A stretch of 63,898 nucleotides of DNA, filler included, from Octopus bimaculoides (lineage: Eukaryota), in the NCBI RefSeq assembly GCF_001194135.2. It is 4 parts of 4 records of this genome, joined end to end, with 100 filler letters (N's around TTAATTAATTAA, not from the genome) between each part and the next. Parts side by side here need not be neighbours in the genome. Positions count along the whole stretch, not along the records: positions 41,446 to 62,564 come from NC_068988.1; positions 62,665 to 63,898 come from NW_026306484.1; 2 more parts are not named here. One strand, given 5' to 3'. Below, in pieces: positions 51,386 through 63,411 of this stretch. Position 1 is the first letter of the stretch, and each line of letters starts with the position of its first letter. Below the pieces are notes generated by a model. It was not told where the DNA came from. It saw nothing but the letters and a program-made list of their open reading frames with translations, and made no database searches. A program made the position numbers and the translations under genes.

Positions 51386-51972
51386 AAGTGCCATAGTAGG
51401 AGACACTTGCCCAAGATTCCACGCAATGAGAGTGAACCTGGAACCATATGGTCGAGAAGCAAGCTTTCTTAACATAGTCACTTCTGCGACTGTAGTTGAG
51501 TTTGAATAAAGAAGTCCTCCTCTCCAGCGATGTCGGATCCAGCTCTTTCAAACGGTAACCCATTTCCAGCGAGAAGAACTCCTTCCCGGCTCATATTTAA
51601 ATCCTACAGTCATTCGCAAGCTCAACAAAAATGAGAGGAATCACTGAGGCGTATCAAACGCGCTGAAAGTCTCCAGCCGAGAGGGAAATACAGAAACAGA
51701 TGGGAATGGAGTACCCGAGCCACAGAGAAAGACCAGCTAATTATAAAGTAATCTCGTTTTTATGTCACCAATCACAGAACGTGAGCATCTACTTTTAAAC
51801 TTATACTTTTATTGTGTAACTTCTTTCACACCCACCATTCGCGTTTTTATGTAAGCTGTTTGTCCCACTTCCTATGATTTATAAATCTCTGGTCTTAACA
51901 TTTCATATTTTGGAAATTTGATTGATGGTCTCTGTAACAGTCTCAGCGGCTAAAATATGTTATTATTATTAT

Positions 51973-52262
51973 CATTTAGGTTTGCCTCAGGTTCGGTCTT
52001 ATTCCTGGTAGAAATTATGTGGCTATCGGGTTACTATCTGTAACCCTAGGTATCCACAAGTTTTCGTCAGTCTTTCGGGTGTCTAGAACCCTCCTGATAA
52101 TTCTTGCTGTGCCTAAGAGACAAACTTTCTGTGGGAGCTCTACAGGGCATTTTATTTCAATCTCCTTCAGCCATTTGTCAATATCTTGGCTTACTGTTCC
52201 CAACGCACCAATTATTATAGGCACGACATTTACTGTTCACATGCTCCAAATTTTAAGGGATT
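51973..52262 (-). mobile_element. Dong/R4-type RLE element 3' fragment in (TAA/TGA)n
   Basis: PIIIGALGTVSQDIDKWLKEI..QKVCLLGTARIIRRVL; ends in taataataa. Confidence 0.8.
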
Positions 52263-52264
52263 GT

Positions 52265-52296
<32 letters not shown>

Positions 52297-52322
52297 TATT
52301 ATTATCATTATTATCATTATTA

Positions 52323-52380
<58 letters not shown>

Positions 52381-52552
52381 CATTGCCTTTGCACAGCTTC
52401 TAACACTGGAGATGTGCTACGGTGCCAGCTGTTCACTACCAGTGAACCAAGGTAACACCTCTTATTTTTCGAGTACCTTCCGGAGTATTCGAGCGATTCC
52501 AGACAGTGCTGTTTTCTGCAAGTGCTCCACCCTTATTGCAACTCCTATTTGT
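52381..52552 (-). mobile_element. second Dong/R4-type 3' fragment, different subfamily, tandem with the first
   Basis: IGVAIRVEHLQKTALSGIARILRKVLEK* plus short UTR, then (TAA)n. Confidence 0.75.
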
Positions 52553-52606
52553 TCTATGTACAATTATTATCATCATCATCATCATCATCATCATTATTAT
52601 TATTAA

Positions 52607-52790
52607 AGTGGTGAGCTGGCAGAATAGTTAACACGCCGTCTTTACGTTCTGAGTTTAAACTTCGCCGAGGTCACGTTTGCTTTTCGTCCTTTCGGAGTCG
52701 ATAAAGTACGTACCACTTATGTAGAGGGGTTGATGTAATCGAATTGCCCCCTCCCCTAAGATTTCAGTCCTTCTGCCTTTTGTAGAGAGC
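52607..52790 (+). mobile_element. SINE family B copy
   Basis: gtggtgagctggcagaatagttaacacgcc..gagtttaaacttcgccgagg. Confidence 0.75.
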
Positions 52791-52794
52791 ATTA

Positions 52795-53130
52795 TTATTA
52801 TTATTGTTGTTGTTGTTGTCGTCGTTGCTGTTGATGTTGTTGTTGGTGGTGGTGGTTCTCGTCGTGGTCGCGGTCGTGGTGGTATTGGTGTTAGTGGTTG
52901 TGGTGGTGGTGATAGTTGTGGTCTTGGTGGTGGTGGTAGTGTTGTTACCATTGGTGTTATTAGTCTTCGATTTGGCAGTGGTGATGCTATCTCATTATCA
53001 TCATTGCTATGAACTTCATCGTCGTCGTCATAATGACCACCATCACCACCACCATCACTGCCTTCACCATCATCCTCATCACCATCATCATCATCATCAT
53101 CATCATCATCGTCGTCGTCGTCGTCGTCGT
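52795..53130. repeat. compound trinucleotide low-complexity region (GTT/GGT/CAT/CGT)
   Basis: direct reading; explains the poly-V/D/H ORFs. Confidence 0.9.
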
Positions 53131-53213
53131 CTCTCAAAAGGGAGGCGTTAGTTGCGTGGTGGTGCAGAGTCTCTGCTTAAGCAGAAGAAAAAAATCTCAG
53201 TAAGTTGGCTGAC

Positions 53214-53360
53214 CTTTGTACCAAACTTCCGCCGATTGAAACTTTTTGTATCAGAATTCCGCCATTTCAGCCATCTTCGTTATTTTAGTTTTTACTGCAA
53301 AGCGCCGCTAATTAGAAATGACTACTTCCGGTAGGACTGGTATGTAACCGGAAGTTGCTT
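53214..53360 (-). promoter_or_regulatory. candidate promoter (inverted pair of ETS-type sites) with a possible first exon
   Basis: ACTTCCGGT (53324-53332) and ACCGGAAGT (53347-53355); minus strand aagATGGCTGAAATGGCGG at 53274 and donor-like caaag|gtcagc after 53214. Confidence 0.35.
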
Positions 53361-53804
53361 CAAGAAGGGTTAAAAAAAAAAGAAGGTGAAGTGGACAGAT
53401 GAGAAAGATTGGTGTCTTTGAACGAATGGTTCTGCTACAAAGAAAGAATGTTATTAGAAACAACAACAGCAACAACAACAACAATAAGAACGGCAACAAC
53501 AAAAATAACATCGACATCGACAAGGAAAAGCGTTATGATTGATGTTGAATGATTGCAACTGTGATGTCTTGAGTATTACTCAACGACATTTGGAGCAATG
53601 GTGGTGGTGGTGGTGGTGATAGCTACCAGATGTTGTTACATGAACAGCAATGCTAAGCAGAAACAAAGACAACAACAACAATATGTACTACTAAAGTTGC
53701 AGCAGCAAGGACAACAAGAACAAGAACCACGTTGTGGTTGTACAGCTAGATTGACTTTGCCACATTAGCAAAACTACAAAACGGCATTTTGCAATCACCA
53801 GGAG

Positions 53805-53860
<56 letters not shown>

Positions 53861-54621
53861 GGTGGTGGTGNNNNNNNNNNNNNNNNNNNNNNNNNNNNNN
53901 NNNNNNNNNNNNNNNNNNNNNNNNNNNNNNNNNNNNNNNNNNNNNNNNNNNNNNNNNNNNNNNNNNNNNNNNNNNNNNNNNNNNNNNNNNNNNNNNNNNN
54001 NNNNNNNNNNNNNNNNNNNNNNNNNNNNNNNNNNNNNNNNNNNNNNNNNNNNNNNNNNNNNNNNNNNNNNNNNNNNNNNNNNNNNNNNNNNNNNNNNNNN
54101 NNNNNNNNNNNNNNNNNNNNNNNNNNNNNNNNNNNNNNNNNNNNNNNNNNNNNNNNNNNNNNNNNNNNNNNNNNNNNNNNNNNNNNNNNNNNNNNNNNNN
54201 NNNNNNNNNNNNNNNNNNNNNNNNNNNNNNNNNNNNNNNNNNNNNNNNNNNNNNNNNNNNNNNNNNNNNNNNNNNNNNNNNNNNNNNNNNNNNNNNNNNN
54301 NNNNNNNNNNNNNNNNNNNNNNNNNNNNNNNNNNNNNNNNNNNNNNNNNNNNNNNNNNNNNNNNNNNNNNNNNNNNNNNNNNNNNNNNNNNNNNNNNNNN
54401 NNNNNNNNNNNNNNNNNNNNNNNNNNNNNNNNNNNNNNNNNNNNNNNNNNNNNNNNNNNNNNNNNNNNNNNNNNNNNNNNNNNNNNNNNNNNNNNNNNNN
54501 NNNNNNNNNNNNNNNNNNNNNNNNNNNNNNNNNNNNNNNNNNNNNNNNNNNNNNNNNNNNNNNNNNNNNNNNNNNNNNNNNNGATGATGGTGGCGGTGGT
54601 GGCGGTGGCGATGGTGAATAC

Positions 54622-54820
54622 AAATCTAGGTTCTTTCTCTATTGGTTAAAAATCTTGAAATAAACTGAATCATGACATGCATGCATACATACATACATAC
54701 ATACATACATACATACATACATACATACATACATACATGCATATACATACATACATACATACATACATACATACATACATACATACATACATACATACGT
54801 ACGTACGTACGTACGTACAT
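54622..54820 (+). mobile_element. isolated 3' terminus of the (CATA)n-associated RLE element plus (CATA)n
   Basis: tctaggttctttctctattgg..aaatcttgaaataaactgaatcatg-(acat)n matches 18863-18920 and 19790-19850 (minus strand). Confidence 0.7.
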
Positions 54821-55419
54821 ACTTAGCGTTCCGTCTGCATACAAATAAATAAAAATTTTCAGAGAGCTATCGTCTGCTTCCGTACACTGACTGAAGAAAA
54901 TCTTTAGCGTATCTTTACAAAACTAGTTTACTCTATTTCAGCTGAATTTTTTATACCTCACTGCAGCATATCCAGAAACACGATATCAGTCTTCTGTTCT
55001 CTTGCCTTTATGTGAATGTAAATAGGGAAATTATTGTAATGACAAGTCTTTTTATATCATACATATTCAGCCATTTTGTTCTCCTTCTCGACATATTCCT
55101 GCCATTTTTTACCCTCTAAAACGCAGCTCTTATACACCGTTTATTTATTCCATTGATCGTTTATATATTAGGTCTATTTTTGTTCCTCTTTCTACGAAAA
55201 ATGAAGCTAAAATGAATACGTAATAGTTTAAGAAAAATCAAAAGGAAGGTTATTTTAGCTAAAATTTGAATGAAGTCAATGTTTTACTCTTGACAATAGC
55301 GTTCTGCTGGATACGACGATGTCGTAATTGTAATGAGCAGTGATATGCGTTCATGAGATAAACAATTTAGGGCAGAATGAACTATGTGCAACTTACAAAA
55401 ATATACACCTATATATATA

Positions 55420-55543
55420 TATGGTTCTGGGTTCAGTCCCACTGCATGGCACCTTTGGCAAGTATCTTCTACTATAGCCTCAGGCCGACCAAAGCCTTGA
55501 GAGTGGATTTTGTAGACGGAAACTGAAAGAAGCCCGTCGTATA

Positions 55544-55586
<43 letters not shown>

Positions 55587-55640
55587 TATGTATGTATATA
55601 TATGTATGTGTTTGTTGTTTGTCTCCCACCCACCATAACC
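55420..55640 (+). mobile_element. SINE family A, 5'-truncated
   Basis: ggttcagtcccactgcatggcacc..gacggaaactgaaagaagcccgtcg. Confidence 0.8.
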
Positions 55641-55866
55641 ACATACTCTCTCATTTATATAGTTGATATATAAACGTGGGGGTGAGGATGGGGGCGGAGA
55701 GTGAAAAATTAAGTCCAGACAACGATAAAACACACCGAACGTTACACGTAGAAACCGTTCCTTGTCAACAGTTGTCGGCTGCAAATCAAAGTAATTTTTG
55801 GCATGTATGTGTGTACACATGTATGTATGTATATATGTATGTATATACACCTATCTATGTATCTGC

Positions 55867-55922
<56 letters not shown>

Positions 55923-56421
55923 TGATCTCTATATATTATCCATTATACACGGACACATACGTACACGATATGTTAAAGAATTAGCCAGTAAATTTAGATG
56001 TTGTGTGAGTTTTGGTCCGTGCTACTACTTGTTGTAAGAACGAATAAAAGATAAGAATCGGAAATGTAAATATTCTTCGCCGCATTCATCACTCAACAAG
56101 ACAATCTGATAGATGCCAGAGCCAAAAAGAAGTTAAGAGTTGCCAAACGATGAGAATGAAATATCATAGAAATTGCTTGCCAGGATTTCATGAAAAGACC
56201 GAGGATCATTGCTAGGAGAAAGAAATTTTGGCAAATACAATCGGATTTCGACATAAATGTTGAAAACTTAGAGACAATGAAAAGGATATTACTGTGTTTG
56301 AATATTTTACGCGTTTAGTTAAGTCGACATGCTGGTATAGTTGGAAACCCGTGTCTAGATATTTGAATGAATACTCATTATATTTGTACGTATGTTTTTC
56401 TACGTATTCTTACAGAGAAAT

Positions 56422-56455
<34 letters not shown>

Positions 56456-57089
56456 TAATGATTATCAAGGGAATACGAGTGAAGTAATCAGCTTCGTTAG
56501 CTTACAGTTGTTTCTGCTGTTGAAGTAGTGCTCTCAAAGCTGAGTGCTTGTGCAATATCTTATAGCTTCGTTGGAGCTATTAAAATGTTGGTTATGTGAT
56601 TCCTGTTCCTTTGTCATTTATTAACTGATATTGCACTCGGAATCCGAGNNNNNNNNNNNNNNNNNNNNNNNNNNNNNNNNNNNNNNNNNNNNNNNNNNNN
56701 NNNNNNNNNNNNNNNNNNNNNNNNNNNNNNNNNNNNNNNNNNNNNNNNNNNNNNNNNNNNNNNNNNNNNNNNNNNNNNNNNNNNNNNNNNNNNNNNNNNN
56801 NNNNNNNNNNNNNNNNNNNNNNNNNNNNNNNNNNNNNNNNNNNNNNNNNNNNNNNNNNNNNNNNNNNNNNNNNNNNNNNNNNNNNNNNNNNNNNGTGATT
56901 CCTGTTCCTTTGTCATTTATTAACTGATATTGCACTCGGAATCCGAGTTTTACATTGAAAATACATGAGAGCTTGTTTATAAGATATTTCGGTGCATCAT
57001 CTTACGTACATTTCATTAACATAAGGTGATTTATTTATTACATGATATAAATTACACAATGAAGTCTAGTTGTGAATAAAGATTTCAAA

Positions 57090-57300
57090 GTTGCATATTT
57101 CTTCAAGTGTCCAATCTAATATTTCAAATGCTGATCCAAGCACAGGCACTACAAAGGATTGTGGGATATAGTTTTATTGACGACAGACAGCTGTGATTTT
57201 CATATCTTTTTTAAGGTGCTGAAGTATTCTTTTGTTACTCACTGCACCAACTCATGCAATATTTTCATCGACTCCGAGATATTTAAAACATTCATGGCTT
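57090..57300 (-). mobile_element. R4/Dong-type RT thumb fragment
   Basis: FKYLGVDENIA; VTKEYF..KKI*KSQLS..NKTISHN; VPVL..FEILDWTLEE. Confidence 0.7.
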
Positions 57301-57469
57301 GGTAACATGTACCGTGCTTTCGCTAATTATTTTAGATGATTATGTAATTGAGAGCAAACGTAGACGCTCTGTCCGTCCTCCTACTGATCACCAAATGGAA
57401 CATTCCGAGGACGAGAGCTGGAGGGTGAAATAGGGTTACACCCGCACCCGGCTGGGACACAATTGAAGA

Positions 57470-57790
57470 GAACTAAGCCACGTGAAATGATGCGCTTTGC
57501 TCAAAGACGCAACACAGTGTCTTGTTCGGGAATTGAACCCACGACATTATGATTATGAGTCGAACACCTTAATCGCTAAGCTACGCTTTTTCGTGGCATA
57601 ATCGTTAGCACGCCGGACGAAATGCTTAGCGGAATTTCGTCCGCCTTTACATTTTGAGTTCAAATTCCGCCGAGGTCCACTTTCCTTTTCATCCTTTCTG
57701 GATCGATAAAATAAGTACCAGTTATACACTGGGATCGGTGTCATTGACCAACACTCTCCTCTCCAAATTTCAGGCCTCTCTGCCGATAAT
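57470..57790. mobile_element. SINE family C head (minus strand) abutting SINE family B (plus strand)
   Basis: reverse B box gggaattgaaccc; then atcgttagcacgccggacgaaatgcttagcgg..gagttcaaattccgccgagg. Confidence 0.7.
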
Positions 57791-58708
57791 GGTAACAATT
57801 TCTATTTGTTAATTTCAAATTCTCTAGCACAATTTTGCTATTTAATAATAACGAATGTTATATATGAACTGCATATANNNNNNNNNNNNNNNNNNNNNNN
57901 NNNNNNNNNNNNNNNNNNNNNNNNNNNNNNNNNNNNNNNNNNNNNNNNNNNNNNNNNNNNNNNNNNNNNNNNNNNNNNNNNNNNNNNNNNNNNNNNNNNN
58001 NNNNNNNNNNNNNNNNNNNNNNNNNNNNNNNNNNNNNNNNNNNNNNNNNNNNNNNNNNNNNNNNNNNNNNNNNNNNNNNNNNNNNNNNNNNNNNNNNNNN
58101 NNNNNNNNNNNNNNNNNNNNNNNNNNNNNNNNNNNNNNNNNNNNNNNNNNNNNNNNNNNNNNNNNNNNNNNNNNNNNNNNNNNNNNNNNNNNNNNNNNNN
58201 NNNNNNNNNNNNNNNNNNNNNNNNNNNNNNNNNNNNNNNNNNNNNNNNNNNNNNNNNNNNNNNNNNNNNNNNNNNNNNNNNNNNNNNNNNNNNNNNNNNN
58301 NNNNNNNNNNNNNNNNNNNNNNNNNNNNNNNNNNNNNNNNNNNNNNNNNNNNNNNNNNNNNNNNNNNNNNNNNNNNNNNNNNNNNNNNNNNNNNNNNNNN
58401 NNNNNNNNNNNNNNNNNNNNNNNNNNNNNNNNNNNNNNNNNNNNNNNNNNNNNNNNNNNNNNNNNNNNNNNNNNNNNNNNNNNNNNNNNNNNNNNNNNNN
58501 NNNNNNNNNNNNNNNNNNNNNNNNNNNNNNNNNNNNNNNNNNNNNNNNNNNNNNNNNNNNNNNNNNNNNNNNNNNNNNNNNNNNNNNNNNNNNNNNNNNN
58601 NNNNNNNNNNNNNNNNNNNNNNNNNNNNNNNNNNNNNNNNNNNNNNNNNNNNNNNNNNNNNNNNNNNNNNNNNNNNNNNNNNNNNNNNNTTTCTCCTTGT
58701 CTCCGTAT

Positions 58709-58745
58709 TCTTTCTGTTGAAGAGTGTAGCTTGAAACATCAAAGA
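58709..58745 (+). ncRNA. degenerate minimal hammerhead motif (CUGUUGAA core) in a PLE pLTR-like repeat
   Basis: stem I UCUUU/AAAGA; core CUGUUGAA; stem II GAGU-GUA-GCUU; GAAAC-AUC. Confidence 0.45.
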
Positions 58746-58834
58746 CTTTCCGTATTCCCGAGCGTCATACTAATACATCCTTTTGTTATTTACACCACCT
58801 GTCCTCGTCTGTTGTTGTTTTTTCGTACATTCTC

Positions 58835-58875
<41 letters not shown>

Positions 58876-58919
58876 TGTGTGCGTGTGCGTGCGTGTGTAT
58901 ATGTGTGTGTGTATGTATC

Positions 58920-59125
58920 TACTTGTATGTATGTGTTTGTCCCCCCATATCGCTTGACAGCCGATGCTGGTGTGCTCACGTTTCCGTAACCTAGCGGTTC
59001 AGCAATAGAGACCGATAGAATAAGTACTAGGCTTACAAAGAATAAGTCCTGGGGTCGATTTGTTTGACTAAAGGCGGTGCTCCAGCAGAACCGCAGTCAA
59101 ATGACTGAAACAAATAAAAGAATAA
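58920..59125 (+). mobile_element. SINE family A 3' module
   Basis: gcttgacagccgatgctggtgtg..gagaccgatagaataagtactaggcttacaaagaataagtcctgggg. Confidence 0.8.
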
Positions 59126-59159
59126 ATGTTAGGAATATTATTCAAAAAAAAAAAGTAAG

Positions 59160-59850
59160 GCGGCGAGTTGGCAGAGTGGTTAGCACGCCAGCCGGAATGC
59201 TTAGCGGTATTTCGGCTTCCGTTACGTTCTGAGTTCAAATTCCGCCGAGGTCGATTTTTGCCTTTCATCCCTTCTGGGTCAATTAAATAAGTACCAGTTA
59301 GGCACTTAATCGCTTTGTCTGCCCTTGTTTGTAAGAACACAGGCGTCGAAAACATCCTCCACTGCAGCTATGTCATTTTTATCTCTCACAACAACAACAA
59401 CAGCGACAACAATAGTAAGAACAGCAACAAAAATACAAGTGCTGCTCTTATTCTTTTGTACTCTAGGCACAAGACCCGAAATGTTTGGGGAGGGAACCAG
59501 TCGATTAAATCGACCGCAGTACGCAACTGGTACTTAATTTATCGACCCCGAAAGGATGAAAGGCAAAGTCGACCTCGGTGAAATTTGAACTCAGAACGTA
59601 AAGACAGACGAAATACCTATTTCGTTATTGCCCACAAGGGGCTAAACATAGAGGGAACAAACAAGAACAGACGAACGGATTAAGTCGATTACATCGACCC
59701 CAGTGCGTAACTGGTAATTAATTTATCGACCCCGAAAGGATGAAAGGCAAAGTCGACCTCGGCGGAATTTGAACTCAGAACGTAACGGCAGACGAAATAC
59801 CGCTAAGCATTTCGCCCGGCGTGCTAACGATTCTGCCAGCTCGCCGACCG
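59160..59850. mobile_element. SINE family B cluster: one plus-strand copy and a head-to-tail minus-strand dimer
   Basis: 59160-59305 (+); 59440-59850 (-) contains actggta..tttatcgaccccgaaaggatgaaaggcaaagtcgacctcgg twice. Confidence 0.85.
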
Positions 59851-60387
59851 TGGCTCCAAATGCTAGACATCACTAATCGCTTAACGACCTCTCTTGGTGA
59901 ACGTTAGGTGCGCATCTCAAAGACTTGCCCTTCCGTTCAGGGCTAAAACCTATCTCTTCCTTTCGCTATGACTGGTTTTCTACAAAACTCACGTGAGATC
60001 CACAATAAATAGTTGCTCCTACATCTATGGTAGCACAGCATTGCATTTGCACACACAGACAATATCAATAGTTTTTAAGAAAAGGACAATCGACTGATTG
60101 GCCGGAAGTCATTCGCAGCCATGCTGTATGCTGTATCCTCTCTCTGCCTTTTCTACCGCTAATACAATAACCAAGTCTTCTCCACGGGAAAAGCTGGTCT
60201 CGAACCATCGACACAGTGGTTCAACTCACTTATCTCTTTTCCTTTCATCTCCCACATTGAGTCCAATAGCATCACCATTCAAAGCAGTAATCTCTCAAAA
60301 TACCCAGTCCTTCCTCTCTTGAATGTTGACCCTCTGAAAATTCCACCTTTCTCATGTCTTGCAGCAATTGAAGTTGTACGTTAATGG

Positions 60388-60652
60388 CATCAATCTCATC
60401 GGTTATCAATCTCACGAATCATTCTCATTAGTCATTAATCTGAACGGCTATCAATCTGATCGGTCATAAATCTAAATGGTCGTCAATCTCATTCATCACA
60501 AATGTTATCGGCCACCAATCTCACCAGTCATTAATCTAACTAGTCCTCAATCTCACCAGTCATCGATCTCACTATTCGTCAATCTCATCAGTTATGAACC
60601 TCAGACGTCACCAATCTCACCAGTCATCAATCTCATGTCATCAATCTCATTG
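60388..60652. repeat. degenerate ~16-bp minisatellite (consensus approximately CAGTCATCAATCTCAC)
   Basis: about 15 imperfect recurrences of (a/g)tcaatctca at ~16-nt spacing. Confidence 0.8.
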
Positions 60653-61156
60653 ACCTATTTGTAAAGACGGTGGAAAAGCCACGAGATTGATTTAGCTGCT
60701 ATTTCTAGCAACTCGACTACAGAGAGCCCACCTGCTAGAAATAGATCAACTTGTTAGAAATAGCAACTGAATCACTATCAAAAAATGTCACATGCTATCG
60801 ACTTGAAAAACAAAGACTCAAAAATAATTGGAACACGTTATAAAGATAAATAAAAATGTATGATGACTTAATGCCAACACACTAATATAATTTTCACTTC
60901 TCACTTCGATATGTATGTTATAGTGGAAGAAAAACTGCAGATAGTGGTTTATTTATTTATCTATCTATTTATTTATTTTTGTCTTCTCTTTTATCGATTA
61001 CTCATTTTCTATAAGCGACACACTCAACATGTACAATTGCTAATACAATTAGTATTTTTATTTTTCATTCTTAACGTAAAATAAAAGTTTAAAATAAAAT
61101 ATATAAATCACAAAAGCAGACGTTCATAGTCGTCTGTTCATCTACCGCTGTTCAAC

Positions 61157-61185
61157 ATGGCGTCCACAGCATTTTATTATTCACA
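61157..61185 (+). other. candidate first coding exon (MASTAFYYS, phase 2)
   Basis: ttcaacATGGCG start context and tcaca|gtgagt donor. Confidence 0.3.
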
Positions 61186-61828
61186 GTGAGTAATATAACA
61201 GAATTGTTACCAATACTGAATAGAATTTTCTTTTCCCCCTGCTTCGAATGCATGCAAAAAAATATATAGTAACCATTTGGGATATACACATCCTGTCTGT
61301 GGTAGGTAAACTTCTCTCCTACATTTTTCTGTGCAGGATGTTGTCACCCAACGTTTGATGAACCTAAGCTATTTAGGACATATAGCTAACTTCACAACTC
61401 TACAGACGAGAAGTGTTACATTTCTTCATCGCTTTTTATTCGAGATTCTTTCTCTCTTTGCACCGAAGTCATATCTTACGTAAGCGCTTGTGTACGCGTG
61501 TGTGTCTCTCTCTATGGTATGTGTATGGTAAGAGTATGTTTGTGTGTGTTGTGTGTGTTGAGTGGTAGGCAAGCTTTTGTCATTCTTTCTGTTGAGAATC
61601 AATTAAGAAGCGAACGTTGTATTGTCTGCATACAAGCACACATATATACACTCGTCCACACACACACACACATTCTTTTGTTGCCACTTTTTATTATTAT
61701 TACATAATATGTATATATATACATATATATATTTATATGTATGTATATTTATATGTATGTATATTTATATTCGTGTATACATGTGGGTGTATATGTAGTT
61801 ATTATATATATATATATANNNNNNNNNN

Positions 61829-61876
<48 letters not shown>

Positions 61877-62224
61877 TGTGTTGTATTGTGAAGTAGATAA
61901 AACGTCTTTAACACACTGACAGCTACCATTTTGTTTTAAATACCTTCTGTTAATATACTTCTAACGATGAAAGACATGAAAGACACCAACTGCACATGTA
62001 GTTAATGCATCAAATTGTAATTCCAAGCTCTTATAACATATGTTATTACTTTTCTTCAATTCTTTGAATTTTCTCCTCTCCACTATACAACTTCTGAGTA
62101 CGAAGTACATTATGTATACCTACCGTATTCGATGATATCAAAGACACTCGGCAATATAAAACGCACCCCAGTTTCAGCAGCACTTATGCAGGAATAAAAG
62201 AACGTTTTTAGTGCTTTAAAGCCT

Positions 62225-62274
62225 ATGGCAGACCCAGTATCGCACATAGGACTCGGGTGTGGAGATATTTTGAG
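62225..62274 (+). other. candidate first coding exon (MADPVSHIGLGCGDIL, phase 2)
   Basis: TATAAAA at 62155-62161 upstream; tttgag|gtatgc donor. Confidence 0.3.
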
Positions 62275-62359
62275 GTATGCTTTTTGGATTAAAAAAAAAA
62301 AGAGTCTTATATACCGAGCCTAGAAAACTTTAAGTTGCATGGGACCGAATCAAACTGTT

Positions 62360-62433
<74 letters not shown>

Positions 62434-62694
62434 GCGAGAAACAGGATCGAAGCGATCAATGCTCTAGCATCGTTAACTGGTCAATTACTGAAATATGTAA
62501 TGTTGACAGAAAAATACGAAAATTGTTGACAATGCATAGAATCCACCACCCTAAGGCAGATATANNNNNNNNNNNNNNNNNNNNNNNNNNNNNNNNNNNN
62601 NNNNNNNNTTAATTAATTAANNNNNNNNNNNNNNNNNNNNNNNNNNNNNNNNNNNNNNNNNNNNCCTGCCAGTGGTGGTGCCACATAAAAAGCA

Positions 62695-62890
62695 CCTTTT
62701 GACTGTGGCCATGCTGAAGCACCGCCTTTAGTCGAGCAAATCGACCCCAGGACTTATTCTTTGGAAGCCTAGTACTTATTCTATCGTTCTCTTTTGCCGA
62801 ACCGCTAAGTTACAGGGGACGTAAACACACTAGCATCGGTTGTCAAGCGATGTTCATGGGGACAAACACAGACACACAAACATATATACA
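62695..62890 (-). mobile_element. SINE family A 3' module
   Basis: reverse complement of gcttgacaaccgatgctagtgtg..gatttgctcgactaaaggcggtgcttcagcatggccacagtc. Confidence 0.8.
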
Positions 62891-62893
62891 CAT

Positions 62894-62926
<33 letters not shown>

Positions 62927-63186
62927 TGTATATGTAAATATACAGATATAGGGCAGGGAATTGCCAATTAGTAATAAAATTAATAATTAACAATTTTGCC
63001 AAGTAGTTCAGTATGAAAAAAACCTTTATCGGTAAAACCATTGATATATATTTATGATTATATGTATATGTATGTAGATATGTATAAATATATATATATA
63101 CACACTTACATACATATATATATGTATATATGTGTGTGCATGCATATACATACATATATATATATGTGTGTGTGTATATGTGTGTA

Positions 63187-63247
<61 letters not shown>

Positions 63248-63359
63248 NNNNNNNNNNNNNNNNNNNNNNNNNNNNNNNNNNNNNNNNNNNNNNNNNNNNN
63301 NNNNNNNNNNNNNNNNNNNNNNNNNNNATATACATACATACATACATATATATATATAC

Positions 63360-63411
<52 letters not shown>

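Noticed and set aside
52186-53203. Poly-His/Tyr/Asp/Val/Thr ORFs
   Set aside because: Translations of trinucleotide microsatellites, open in several frames on both strands, with no splice or start support
56596-56947. 53-bp direct repeat on both sides of an N gap (similarly 49555-49660)
   Set aside because: Typical unmerged contig overlap; cannot be distinguished from a collapsed tandem repeat without reads
57216-57301. Plus-strand exon-like segment with good acceptor and donor
   Set aside because: It is the antisense of a recognisable R4/Dong RT fragment
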